A stretch of DNA of 63,978 bases, filler included, from Craspedostauros australis (taxonomy: Eukaryota): the NCBI GenBank assembly GCA_030167865.1. It is 19 parts of 19 records of this genome, joined end to end, with 100 filler letters (N's around TTAATTAATTAA, not from the genome) between each part and the next. Parts side by side here need not be neighbours in the genome. Positions count along the whole stretch, not along the records: positions 12,790 to 14,551 come from JALAGF010000571.1; positions 14,652 to 16,837 come from JALAGF010000572.1; positions 16,938 to 19,131 come from JALAGF010000573.1; positions 19,232 to 39,750 come from JALAGF010000574.1; 15 more parts are not named here. One strand, given 5' to 3'. A model generated the notes under the pieces. It saw only the letters and a list, made by a program, of their open reading frames with translations, was not told the DNA's origin and did no database searches. This document shows, piece after piece, positions 12,790 through 24,653 of this stretch (the stretch's first letter is position 1; each line of letters opens with the position of its first letter). A program made the position numbers and the translations under genes.

Positions 12790-14551
12790 GTGGGATCCTC
12801 CTGTAGTTTCTTCGAAATGGCATTGATGACCATCTCAGTGTTGGATTCACCTTGATCTTGGTTGGTTTCGGCGGTTGCCTTGAANNNNNNNNNNNNNNNN
12901 NNNNNNNNNNNNNNNNNNNNNNNNNNNNNNNNNNNNNNNNNNNNNNNNNNNNNNNNNNNNNNNNNNNNNNNNNNNCCCATCGACTGCATGTCCGGGCTTC
13001 GCTCGATGCTCCGGACCATGGTGCGAACGTTGATGTCGTCGCAACCGATGAGGTGGTTAAGGAGCGTGCGGCGTTGTTGCGCGTCGGAGACTTGTTGATC
13101 CGGATTAGTCGCCAGGAAATTCACGTTCGCGAATATATCCTGGATTTCCTTCACATAGGATCCCAGGTCCTGTCTGCTGGAGTTGAAATCGTGCACTCTC
13201 TTCATCAGAGAGTCGACCTCCATTCCTCTGATCCAGTCGTTGTCGTAGGTATTGAGGAGCTCATTCCAGAATAGGATACCGTCCTCGGTGAGGAGTCCTC
13301 TGGTGGCGAGTCCATGTGCTGGGCCGCCGGTGAAGACGGAGCATAGTCCCGCGAATAGGGTCCTGACGTCGCTCGCGACCTGTTCTGGAGAGGTAGTTGT
13401 TGGCACTCCTGTCACTGGATCGATGTGTTCCTTGATCGCGTGGATTCCTTGGGAATGGTATCGGTGCCGAAACTGATCGTTGATCAGGTACGCCATGTCG
13501 TTTCCAAGGAGATGAGCATGGATTTGGTGTTTCACCACTTGGAAGGAAGCCGCATCACTCGTGAACTTGACGGAGTCTGGGATGGGGCGTCGCTTCATTT
13601 GCTTGGCCTGGGCGATTGGTGGTTTGTTGTGGGTGGATCCTCGATGGGATGCGTGCCCGGATCCGCGTTGCCCGTGTTGGGCGTTCGGGCCCATGTTGTG
13701 TGAGTCATGCCTTTCGAAACCTCCATTGGGGTCGGTTGGGCGGTACCCATACGCGGGTGGTTGTGGTGGATACCCGGGGTGAGGGTGTCCCACGGGGGTG
13801 AAGGCTCCTTGTGGCATTGGAAAAACTCCGGCTCCATGGGGAAAATGGCCCATGGGGATAGGGATTCCAATGGGTGGGAATCCTCCTGGGTGGGTTCCGT
13901 GGTACATCGGAAGCGGTGGGCCATGAGGGAATTGGTTTCCCATGGTAGGGGAATGCCCATACGGGTTGCCGCCGTGGTGTCCATGGTTAATTGGGGGTCC
14001 ATGGTTGTCACNNNNNNNNNNNNNNNNNNNNNNNNNNNNGGGTGGGTTGCCGGCAGGGTTTCGGTTCACGGGTTCGTGCCCGTTGTTGCCTCGATAGTTA
14101 CCCACGCCGTGTGAGGCTGGTGTATCCGCAGTACCGTGGTAGGGATGCGGGTTCCGATCGTGGGGTGGACGGTTCCCGTCGTTTTCTGGGTAGTTCATCT
14201 GGGGTGCGTTGGTACCTCCTGGACCTCTGGTGGTTGTTTCAGGGGCGAAGGTTACTACGTTGGTGCCGGTTGGGTTGCGGTTGTAATCGCCGATCGTCGC
14301 GGGGTCTACGTTGGGGAAGAGTCGGTTCCGTCCCGTGGGGCCGCGGTTGTCGGGTACGTCTACGGTATCGTCGTTACCAGGGTGTTGGTCGTAGTCGGTG
14401 CCTGGTTCGGTATCTTCGTTGGGCGGAGTGGTGCCGCGGGTGTCGATGATCACTGGTGACGTGTTTAGTGATCCTTGCTTGGCGATGCTGGAGAGTTGGG
14501 TTTCGTTCTGGAAGTTGGGTGGGGTACGGTGCGGTGTATTCCCACCAAGCA
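12790..14551 (-). mobile_element. LTR retrotransposon gag-like ORF fragment (probably a diatom Ty1/copia, CoDi-type)
   Basis: Long open frame with a P/G/H-rich disordered N-terminus, then a helical capsid-like region (DGILFWNELLNTYDND, SDAQQRRTLLNHL). Short gap-ridden contig; no pol motif present. Confidence 0.5.
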
Positions 14552-14651
14552 NNNNNNNNNNNNNNNNNNNNNNNNNNNNNNNNNNNNNNNNNNNNTTAAT
14601 TAATTAANNNNNNNNNNNNNNNNNNNNNNNNNNNNNNNNNNNNNNNNNNNN

Positions 14652-16837
14652 ACCAAGGGCGGGCCCACTGAGAGTGGAGACCCACGCAAGGCGTGGAAGG
14701 CCCTTGAACGCATCTACGAGCAACGTACTGCGCCTATCAAGGCAAAGTTGTTGGCTCAACTCAACGGGATGCGGTTGAAGAAAGGCGAGCACCCAGACAT
14801 GTTCCTGACCGAGATGGAAGTGCTGCGTAATCGCCTCGGTAGTACTGGTATCAAGATAGATATACAACAGTACCACATGCTCGTACTCAACGCCCTCGGA
14901 AGGGAATACGAGACGGACGTGAAGCTCTTGGAGCTCAAGTTCGACGGTATGGAGGATACCATGACCCTCGAAGACATCCGCGAGGCTGTCAGTGCCACCT
15001 ACGACGGCCGACACCTCAAACTCAACGGCAACAGACGTGAGAGCAACAGTAATAAGGAAGAGACTGCATTCGCTGCAGTAGGAGGCTTCAAAGGTCACTG
15101 CCGCAACTGTGGCGCCTACGGCCACAAGAAGGCAGACTGCCGCTCCGCCCCCAAGAAAGGCAACGGCAAGAACAAGAAGAGTGGCCAAGGAGACAACAAC
15201 AGCAAGCCCAGGTTCAATGGGGAGTGTAAGTACTGCGGTAAGAAGGGACATAAGATCCTGCAGTGCTTCAAGCTGAAGGCAGCCATGAAGGAGGCAGACT
15301 CGGCCAACGTGGCAACTGATGGAATGGAGGGAAACAACGACGTGGCTCTTATGATGACAGATGAGCTAATTGTGTCCCCACCTCGGGAAACACGAACGAA
15401 TTGGAAAATGTGACCAACTTATGTGTGAACACAGACGAGGGAAAAACACGCGACATCGGAAGCAACAATCAATCCGACTCCAACGTAATGGAGGACGTCG
15501 CCTTTGCAGCCATCGTCGAACAGACTGACACATCTCCCATTGTTTCCTTAAGACCACACAACATCAACAACAAGATGAGCAACTCCAACCAAGGACAAGA
15601 ATCCTACTACGACGCAAGCCTCACCAACGAAGGGGCCACCGACACCGAAGACGTGGATGACGACATGGGCGATGCCAACCGAGGAGAAGCGGCACGTCGC
15701 CCTATCTTCAACTTCGCCCCAGAGCTCTCTCGTGTGGACCGCATGATCGGGAACTCAACAGGGCTCACCACCAACACGGCTTGGTGCCCTTTGTGCCTCA
15801 AGCGAGGACCACTCTACGCATGGTGCGTGGAATGCCCCCAAGTTCCTTTCTTCATCCAGCTCCACAATGAGCCAAGAGGGAATGTACCAACCAACGACGA
15901 AGAGCGCGCGGAACGACGTACCAGACTCGAAAGAGCTGGCTCCCTCCGCAATGCAGTTCGAGCATCGCTGAGCAACGTGCTCAAAGCCGATGATGTGCGT
16001 TGTGAGCTCGCCTTACTGTGCTACGACGCTGTGGCCACCCACAGCGGGGACCGCACTCCACTGATCGAGCCGCGCACAGTGTACTACAAGCTACACGAGA
16101 TCGGGATGATCACCACATTGAGTGTGTGTCGCAACCCGTGCAACATCAACAACAGTTTGGAATCTCGTCGCTTCGACCCCCTCCCCAGCGATCTGATTAC
16201 GCGCATGACCCACCATGCCGCGAACTCCATCCATTGGACCTATCATCAAGGTGACGGCGGAGTCCGAAACCCAAGTCCAGAGCACTGGGTGCTACCGATC
16301 TACTCTGAACAGTCAGAGCAACACGAAGTGGCAATGGTGGTCGGCAACACCGACAACGTCAGCGCAAGGCGCTCCTCCGTCGCACCGGACAATTACGAGT
16401 CCAACACCTGGTTGGGCGATTCGGGAGCATCGTGCCATCTCACCAACAACGATGAAGGGATGACCAACGTTCGCGTCTCCGATCAGAACGTGAAGATCGG
16501 GAGCGGACGCTTCCTCAAGGTGACCAAGGTGGGGGACAAGCACATGACCGTCATGCAAAGGAACGGAAGGAAGTACAACGTGGTGCTCAAGTCGGTGAAG
16601 TACGTGCCCAAGCTTTGGATTAATCTAATGAGCATCAACAAGGCTCTCGAGAGCGGATTCAACATCAGCAACCTCGGCGTCATCATGACTCTAAAGAAAG
16701 GCAAGGCGCGCATCAGCTTTGATCGCATCATGGCGACTCATAGCGGCTTCGTCTGCGGAGTGACCATGGTGAACAACGCCAAGGCCGACGACCAAGCTCA
16801 TGTTGGTGTGTCAACCGACGCACCAGTCGACATCAAC
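14652..16837 (+). mobile_element. Ty1/copia fragment: gag (14652-15413, two CCHC knuckles), then in the -1 frame an extra domain and aspartic protease (15365-16837)
   Basis: GDPRKAWKALERIY (UBN2-type gag), CRNCGAYGHKKADC, CKYCGKKGHKILQC, protease WLGDSGASCHL, LKSVKYVPKLWINLMSI. Confidence 0.9.
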
Positions 16838-16937
16838 NNNNNNNNNNNNNNNNNNNNNNNNNNNNNNNNNNNNNNNNNNNNTTAATTAATTAANNNNNNN
16901 NNNNNNNNNNNNNNNNNNNNNNNNNNNNNNNNNNNNN

Positions 16938-17969
16938 AGCGCTATGGAGTGGAGTGTCCCCATTGTTGTTTCGGACGTTGACATCGATATCAACACCAAT
17001 CCCATCCGACTCCATCATGTATCTGACTACATCGATGCGACCGAACCAACACGCGCCATGCAAAGGCGTGGAACCTTTCTTGTTCTGTTTGTTGATGTAA
17101 GCGTCAACGTTGACATGACTCGATTGCACCAAGTGTTTCAGCGCATCGGGTCGTTCGCTCCAGCATGCGTGATGAATCAATGTGGAACCGTCATTGTCTT
17201 CCATGGTGATGGGCACTCGGCCAGATTCCAATAAATACTTCACGGTCTCAGCGTTGTCATGTCTGCAGGCACCATGAAGCACAGTCCGGCCTTTGTTGTC
17301 TTTGATATTGCCATCCACATCGATTCGATCGGACTCCATCAGATACTCAACAATGGCTTTGCGTCCATTCCAGCAAGCAAGGTAGAGTGGTGTTTGACCA
17401 CAGTTGGATTTTATGTTGACATCCACATCGAATTTCTTCGATTCCACCAAGTACTCAACGATGCTCTTGTGTCCATTCGAGCAAGCATGATGAAATGGCG
17501 TGCGCCCTTGCCTGTTTTGGAGATTGACATCCACATCGATTCGATCAGACTCGACCAGATACTTCACGATCTCCCTGCTTCCACGAGAACATGCATGATG
17601 AAATGAAGTGTCGCCGTACTTGTCTGCCGTATTGGAAGGGATGACTGCTTCGTCCGCATACGATTCGACCAGATCTTGAAGCTCTGTCAAGTTATGATTG
17701 ATGCATGCACGGTCCACCTGTCTGATCCACTCACAGACAGCCTCGTCACTGCGTATGGTACATTGATTCCATTGTGACGAAAGAGACGCATAGTTGGGAA
17801 GTCGAGGTTGAATTGGATCAGAGAAGGAAAGCACCAGCACCAGCATCAGCACCAGTGTGAGTGACAAGGACCATGATAATAGTACAACAAGGAGGCTCAT
17901 ACGCGTAGTCAGATTTGTGCACGACTCTCCAGAGACGCGGCCAAACCAAGCCAAGCCAATCCAAGACAA
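16938..17969 (-). CDS. Ankyrin repeat protein, 3'-truncated by contig end; start uncertain
   Basis: At least 6 repeats of G.TP(L/F)H.AC..G...IV.YL.ES (GDTSFHHAC, GRTPFHHAC, GQTPLYLAC, GRTVLHGAC, GSTPLHGAC). Confidence 0.9.
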
Positions 17970-20282
17970 CTCACGCTTCCAATTGACCGCTGGACATTTT
18001 GATCGTTGTTGGCGTGATGCTTTTGATCGTGTCTATGCTGCTGGTTGCGTGGGTGGCGTCGATTGGATGAATCACTCTCCAATTGTGACAAGGAGTGTAC
18101 CATGCCGTGCCAACGATCGTCTTGTGTTTCCTTGGACAACCTCGAATGGGCTGTGTGGCGAGCTGTTGTGACGGAAGAGACAGGATGATAAGCTGATCTG
18201 AGTGTTGTCGCATACGCCACACGACAACAATTCGCCGTGATGTTGGTCGCATGGGTGTCACCACATCACCAGTTGTTCCTTGCGCCATCGTTGGCGTCGT
18301 GGTGAGAATGGAGATGACAGAATGGAATTCTCACATCATCAGAAGCACAGTCACCATTTCATGTCAGTTGTCGACACCGAAGAATCCGAACATCAACAAC
18401 AAAGATCCAAAACAGAAGAACAACTCTCGTTTGTGGTGCTGTCCGATCCACACTGACCACCGACACATTGACTCTCAACTCGTATGCACATCTCCATCTC
18501 CATCTCCACCTCCATTCGAATGGTCGCAGTCACCACCATCCAAAGCTCACTTGATGCTGCACGCTCCATCATCTGCTGTCTTCATACCATACGCATACGC
18601 ATACTTGTGCACCCAACCGTCCAACCACTCAACCATCCAACCACTCAACGATCCTATCACCATCTGGAACCATCCAAGACAGGGATGAGTCGAATGAGCA
18701 ATGACATGTCGGTGGTTGGGATTGTTGACGCGCATCATGTTGTTGCTGCCATGCAACACGGGCTTTGATGGGTGCAAGGGAGTGGCCAACGGTTTCCATC
18801 CCCTCAATGGCAGCAGCACTGTTGGCAATGTTGCCAAGCCAGACACATGGATCTGCACAACTCCGCCAACTTCGGGTTTCGGTGTGATTATCCATGCGAG
18901 CGGCATCCTCCTGCGACCCCGAGCTGACAACAGAGGAAGGACACAAGCAGATCGATTCAGATGCGCAACTTCCACGCGAATTCGTGCACAGCGACGGTCT
19001 ATGGGAGAAGAGGATGGCGCACCATCACCCCAGGCGCATGATCCACTCATTCATGGAACGATGGAAGCGGGAGATGCACCAATCCAACTGAAAGAAGATG
19101 GACTTTGGAATGACGAAATGAGGATGAGTACNNNNNNNNNNNNNNNNNNNNNNNNNNNNNNNNNNNNNNNNNNNNTTAATTAATTAANNNNNNNNNNNNN
19201 NNNNNNNNNNNNNNNNNNNNNNNNNNNNNNNAGGTATCTTGTGCCCTAAATGAAGCGATATGATTGGTCGAGAGGCCCAGATTATGAAATTATGACCCTT
19301 ACAACCACCTCCACTGCGAATGGATTGTACGAGTATGTATCGGCATGGTACAAAGCGGCAGGAGGCAACCGCATGAAGGATTGGGTTCAACTTGCAGTAC
19401 GACCATTCATACGCCTCCGTTCGTGATGCATCTAACTTCTGGTGTCAACTCATGTCAGAGGTGAGACAGAGAGACGGAGCAGTTTAGCTCCTCTGCTTAA
19501 ATCCATTCCGAGACCCGGAGTATTTGTGCCACGCACAGTCACGAAGCGCGAACTCTGTTGGTAGTCCGGCTCTCCTCTCTCTCTCGGCTTGCACGATGTT
19601 GAGACAGAGAGAAGAAATACCAAATTTTACCAAGTTCTTTCTTGGGAGTGGGGTGCAGAACCTCTCCTTCCTTGTGTCCATGTCCGTTCCACGGGCCATC
19701 AAATGCGATGTGTCGGCGCGAAGACCTTCATCTCACTCTCCTACATTCTCCCCCTTGCGAGCAACAACATCTCAATTGACGCACGCTGCACCGATGAAGA
19801 AGTCCCAATAAATCTCAACGTGAAATCAGTGGCGATCGTGGTCACGAAAATGTCGATTCAAGTTCGACCCTCACAGATGAAGACTTTGGGTGGATTGGGC
19901 TGACGTTGCGAACCATTCCGATGCAACTCTTTTCCTCTCTGCGATCGATACTCCACGATGCGCATGCATCAACAGGTGCGTGTAGACAATCTGTCTGGTT
20001 TTCGTGTTGTGCCCCTGCAGAAGTAGAGCGAGCTAACTCTCGTTGCACGATGTATGGACAGGCACGCATCATGGGCTCAAAGCTGCTATACCGGTGGCCC
20101 TGTCTGTTGCCGGCCGAATGTATGAAATCTTTCTCAGAATACGAGTATTGGTGGATGGTTGGTACTCGTATCATCACCATCATCATCATCATCATCTGGC
20201 CATAATTTGACCATCGACCCAAACCAACACCTCAGCTAGACCGACCAAACCAAACCTTACGAGACCACCCACCAAATACAAC

Positions 20283-21041
20283 ATGATCATGATGACCTCC
20301 ACCAAGGCCTCGGCATCAGCGCTCTTCGTCGTTGCGATGGCTACCGCCTCGAATTCTTTCGCACATGCCAGAATACCGCGTGAAGATATCCTCGCAAGAT
20401 CGCTGGCCGATGCCGATCCTTCGCTGTTAACGCCACAGAACGTCCAAGACTTCGTCGAGTTCCAGATCGACTCATTCTACGGCAACTGCACAGACTTCTT
20501 GCATACCTTCGTGGGACCTCACTCCGGAGACCACAACATCATGAACACAGCTGAAAGTGGTGGAACTTTGCCGACAGAATTCGAGTTTTGCGAGGGTGGC
20601 GAGGATTGCCTCACGACACCTCAGCAGCTTCTCGAATTTTGCGGACCAGCTCCGGGCACCAGAAATTGGTTGCACACCGAATTGACGGTCTTCCCTGGAG
20701 CACGCCCTCGCAACAACTACGGCTTCATTACGTTCTCAGGCAAGCAGAGCGCATGCATCGACATCGGCCAGGACATCGGCTTCGGACCAGTCACACCTCT
20801 CTGCTTCGATTTCGTTGTTTCGGAGCGATTGCACGGCAACCCGGAAGCGATGTTCGGAGTCCAAGCGAGCCGTTGGGAGGCCTACTACATTACCTTCTTC
20901 GGGACCTGCCCTGGTTTCGAGAATGAATTGTTGGAGTGCAACGATGATGTCAGTGCTACCGGCGGCCCGAGCAGCACTCCCAGCAGCAGCCCTGTGAGCA
21001 GCTCAAGCGGTAGCAGCAGCAGCAGCAGCTCAAGCGACTAA
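20283..21041 (+). CDS. Putative secreted Cys-containing protein with Ser-rich tail, function unknown
   Basis: Hydrophobic N-terminus (ALFVVAMATASNSFAHA), coding-like codon usage, several Cys, C-terminal poly-Ser. Confidence 0.65.
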   Translation: MIMMTSTKASASALFVVAMATASNSFAHARIPREDILARSLADADPSLLTPQNVQDFVEFQIDSFYGNCTDFLHTFVGPHSGDHNIMNTAESGGTLPTEFEFCEGGEDCLTTPQQLLEFCGPAPGTRNWLHTELTVFPGARPRNNYGFITFSGKQSACIDIGQDIGFGPVTPLCFDFVVSERLHGNPEAMFGVQASRWEAYYITFFGTCPGFENELLECNDDVSATGGPSSTPSSSPVSSSSGSSSSSSSSD

Positions 21042-21711
21042 TTGGTTTGGCACAACAATTGTCTAGAGGGATCAAGTCAACAATCTACGAGCCGCCATAT
21101 GTGGCAACAATACAACTTTAGAGATCGACGGTGGCTTTGTCCTCGCAACATGAGAATGATCAATGTCTCCATCGTTTTCATGTTGCATTCGCCGCTCTCG
21201 TCGTATTGGAATGAGAGTTTACTGGGATGGTACACATATCACTTTCGCGCTGCTACGACCCCGCCGTGTCTTCTTTTGTATTCCTTCGCGAGACCTTTCA
21301 TAATGTAGTTGCCGACGATGGCATTGCATCCAATAACCGTCCATCTTTCAGCTCTTTAACGTGGACCATCCAAATGTAGCAACGAGAAACAGATCCTAAA
21401 ATGTTATGGTTCATCCAATGGGTAGGATGCTCGCATTACTCTCACAATGTTCTCAACTGTTGCACTACGACTATGTCAATTGTATGAATGTTCTTTGGTG
21501 CTGTGCTGCCAACTTCCGAGGCACTCTGTTCCCGACAATTGGGATGCTGCAATCACTCTATTGGCAGCCCAATTCTAGGCCAATGCGAGCAAAGGTAACG
21601 CCGTCTGTTCGTTCGACTGAATGGATGATGGAATCGAAACAGGCTTCGCCAGCATCACCTGACATGATCCTACCATACTCCACTGCGCTCTCTCTCTCTC
21701 TCTCTCTCTCT

Positions 21712-22662
21712 TTAGAAGACAAATTCGTTGCCTCCGGTGGGGAAGACTCCATCATCGTCGTCGTCATCGTCATCATCGTTATTATCGTCGAATTGACCTT
21801 TGGCTCCGCCGCCGCTGCTGCTGCTGCCACCACTGTCGTCCGAATTGTCAACGAAGAAGGACGGCCCACGTCGCTGCGCTCTACGTGCGTCGCCTTCCGC
21901 CTTGGTCTCCAAGATCTCGAATTCGCGCACGACGATCTTGGGAAGCATTCTGGGCTTGCCCGTCACCTTGTCCGACCACCGATCGATCCGCAGACTGCCA
22001 ATAACGCTCACACGCGCACCCTTGTCGGCGTACTTCTCGACGAACTCGGCCGTTTTGCCCCAGATCTCTAATCCGAACCAATCCGTCTCCTCCTGGCCGG
22101 ACTTGAGGTTCAAGGAGAGACGTTGGGCGGGAGCGTACTTACGCTTGACGGCGAGGTTTACGTTGACGACAAGCTTGCCATCGTCGAAGTACTTCGCTAC
22201 GGGATCCGAGCCCAACCGTCCTATCATAGTGACGATGTTGAGCCGCATGACGCGATCGTCCCATTTCGGCGGCACTTCGCTCGCGTTCTTCTTGTTCTTT
22301 TCCTTGACCATTTCCGCCAACTTTTCCAGTTGCTTTTTTTTCTCGCTGTCAGACAGTTTCGACTTCCGCTCACCGCCTTCAGCCGGTTGCGACTTCCACC
22401 CTCCGCCTTCACCCGGTTGCGACTTCCATCCGCCGCCTTCACCCGGTCGCGACTTCCACCCACCGCCTTCACCCGGTTGCGACTTCCACCCGCCGCCTTG
22501 CGTGTTCGCGAAGAGCTGAACCTGCTGCCGTCTCGATGCGTTGGCTGGCCCGAACGGCGATGCAGAATGCAACGTGGCAGTGTTCGCGGTGGACCATGCC
22601 AGGCTCTGGTCAATGCACCACAAGCTGATCACTGTGGCCAATATGATTGCAAATCGTCCCAT
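21712..22662 (-). CDS. ssb: Plastid-targeted bacterial-type single-stranded DNA-binding protein
   Basis: Signal peptide ending SLA|WST. OB fold LNIVTMIGRLGSDP...EETDWFGLEIWGKTAE...KGARVSVIGSLRIDRWSDKVTG. Acidic tail ending in F. Confidence 0.9.
   Translation of the reverse strand: MGRFAIILATVISLWCIDQSLAWSTANTATLHSASPFGPANASRRQQVQLFANTQGGGWKSQPGEGGGWKSRPGEGGGWKSQPGEGGGWKSQPAEGGERKSKLSDSEKKKQLEKLAEMVKEKNKKNASEVPPKWDDRVMRLNIVTMIGRLGSDPVAKYFDDGKLVVNVNLAVKRKYAPAQRLSLNLKSGQEETDWFGLEIWGKTAEFVEKYADKGARVSVIGSLRIDRWSDKVTGKPRMLPKIVVREFEILETKAEGDARRAQRRGPSFFVDNSDDSGGSSSSGGGAKGQFDDNNDDDDDDDDDGVFPTGGNEFVF
22360..22500 (-). repeat. 30-bp coding tandem repeat (~4.7 copies) encoding GEGGGWKSQP
   Basis: Plus-strand units gacttccaccc(t/a/g)ccgccttcacccggttgc repeat with a 30-nt period. 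Confidence 0.95.
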
Positions 22663-23321
22663 CGTGTCGAGTCGAGTCAAGTTGAGTCGAGTTGTCTCGT
22701 GTTTTGTCGTCTTGCTGATGTCGGCCGTGGGATAGCTACGGAAGTAAAAATGTGTCAGATGACTATTGGTATTCGTTCGAGTGGACACTGAGATGAACGG
22801 ATGAAGATGAAGATGACGATGGCGATGACAGCGATTGAGGCGATGAGGAAACCAACGTTCAAGATGGAGATGATGGCAAAGATCGCTCAACTTCTGCGTT
22901 TGTTGTGTCTGGCACACTGTGTGCGGCGTCGAACTCCAACTGGATCTTTGCCATTCCCCCAAAATCTTGAAGTTGTGTTGTGGTTGTTGACACGCCGTCC
23001 GTCCGTCTACCCGTCGGCGCTTCACATGCGAATCCTGAAGGGGCTACTTGAGTCCCCATCCTCCAAACACGAACCCATCGGGATTTTGGTCATCACAACC
23101 ACCACCCAAAACAAACGCTGAGCGCTCCTGTTCTTGACACCTGCCGAAGCGCATCTTTTGTCGAGGTTGGCACGCATGCGTTGTCCAAGCGTCATCCCTG
23201 AGTTCATCCCATCAGCCTTCGTTTCAATCAATGAAGCAAACAAGCGACCAACCATCTCCGCGAGACCATAAGGTTGCATCCATACACACCCAACAATCGT
23301 TCTCTCCCATCACGCTTCACC

Positions 23322-24164
23322 ATGTCACCTGCCATGACTCGTGGCTATCCCATGCGACCTCGCAGCATGACGCATCGCGGTCGGCAATCGCACAATGATT
23401 TCCATCTCTCGGATATCCACCACGCCGACTTGCAAGGATCGTCATCGTCAAGGCCGGACGCCACCACCATGATCGCCGTGGCCAGCGTCACGGCCGTCGC
23501 GGCGTACTGGATCCATTCGCAGTACATTGCGCAGTACGGGTGGGAAGGAACGCTGCGATACATCTGGGAAGGCCAGCCATTCTCCGATGAAATACAGGAT
23601 GCCCTGCATCGTCTCGACAAGGCCACCGTACGGCTCGCCAAGCAGGAAAGCTTGCTGACTTCGATGGAGGAGACGTTGGATCGGGCGCGGTTGGACTGCG
23701 TCGACAACTACCGGTACAGCAAGAAGCCGGGTTCGGACAGGATAGCGGACGCGGCGGAAACTGCGACCGTGGCGACGGCGGCGACTTCCATCACAAGCTT
23801 CAGCGCGGAGCAACAGCAGAAAGGAGCAGTATCGGATGATCCGTCTGCTTTGGGCCATGATGACAGTGATATCCACGACGACCCGGTGTCTTCGGACCGC
23901 AAATGCAGCAATGAGCATGTTGGAATACTGTGGGTGGCGTACTTTGCGGACAATGGCAACCTCGAAAAGCAGCTGGGCGGGCTCAGCTCCAGCCTCGACA
24001 AGATAGCGGCGTCAGTGGATTCCGTCATCTTGGGATCCTCCACAAGCCCCATGATACAAAGGCTGAAAGCTAGAAAGAAGGCGCTCTCGAAACAAGTTGT
24101 CATGGCCATGGAACGTACCGATGCAATGATGGCGTCCTTTCAAATTCTTGTGCAAAGTCAATGA
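23322..24164 (+). CDS. Hypothetical membrane-anchored helical protein with possible BAG-like C-terminus
   Basis: Open frame with a hydrophobic segment (MIAVASVTAVAAYW), coiled-coil, and LDKIAASVDSV...LKARKKALSKQVV..ME..D resembling BAG helices. Start uncertain. Confidence 0.5.
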   Translation: MSPAMTRGYPMRPRSMTHRGRQSHNDFHLSDIHHADLQGSSSSRPDATTMIAVASVTAVAAYWIHSQYIAQYGWEGTLRYIWEGQPFSDEIQDALHRLDKATVRLAKQESLLTSMEETLDRARLDCVDNYRYSKKPGSDRIADAAETATVATAATSITSFSAEQQQKGAVSDDPSALGHDDSDIHDDPVSSDRKCSNEHVGILWVAYFADNGNLEKQLGGLSSSLDKIAASVDSVILGSSTSPMIQRLKARKKALSKQVVMAMERTDAMMASFQILVQSQ

Positions 24165-24653
24165 AAAGGTTGTCATGTTTAGTCTACTCGTAGTATAGGC
24201 CGTAACAGGAGTAATGTACCATGCCCTCGTCTCATCCTTGGGCAGTTGAAAATTCCATGATGTACGACTATCGTTGCATGTCGCAATAATTTCCTCCAGA
24301 TTGCCGTCATCATGTCGTCTTGTTATGTAGAACCGTTTCGTTTGACAAAGCCATCTGAATTTGAAATAGTTTTGAGAAGGTCCCATTTCTTCCAATCAGA
24401 TCCATGGCAGAGCGCATCGACCCATCAAGGATGAACACATCAAGGCTGGGCAGACACAATTGCTTGGCACAACACATGTCCAATGACAGCCACAAATACA
24501 AACGAGGCACTCATAGAACGCAAAAAAGCTCAAAGTGAAACGATATCGCATTGCTACACTCCTTGAAACGTGCTTGACTTCATCAATTCCATCGTGTCTC
24601 TGCCTTCATCTCCTCTCTTTCCGCCCTTTCCTTCCTTTCTGCAGTCAGTGCAA

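Noticed and set aside
15385..15391. GGGAAAC canonical -1 slippery site
   Set aside because: Out of phase with the gag reading frame.
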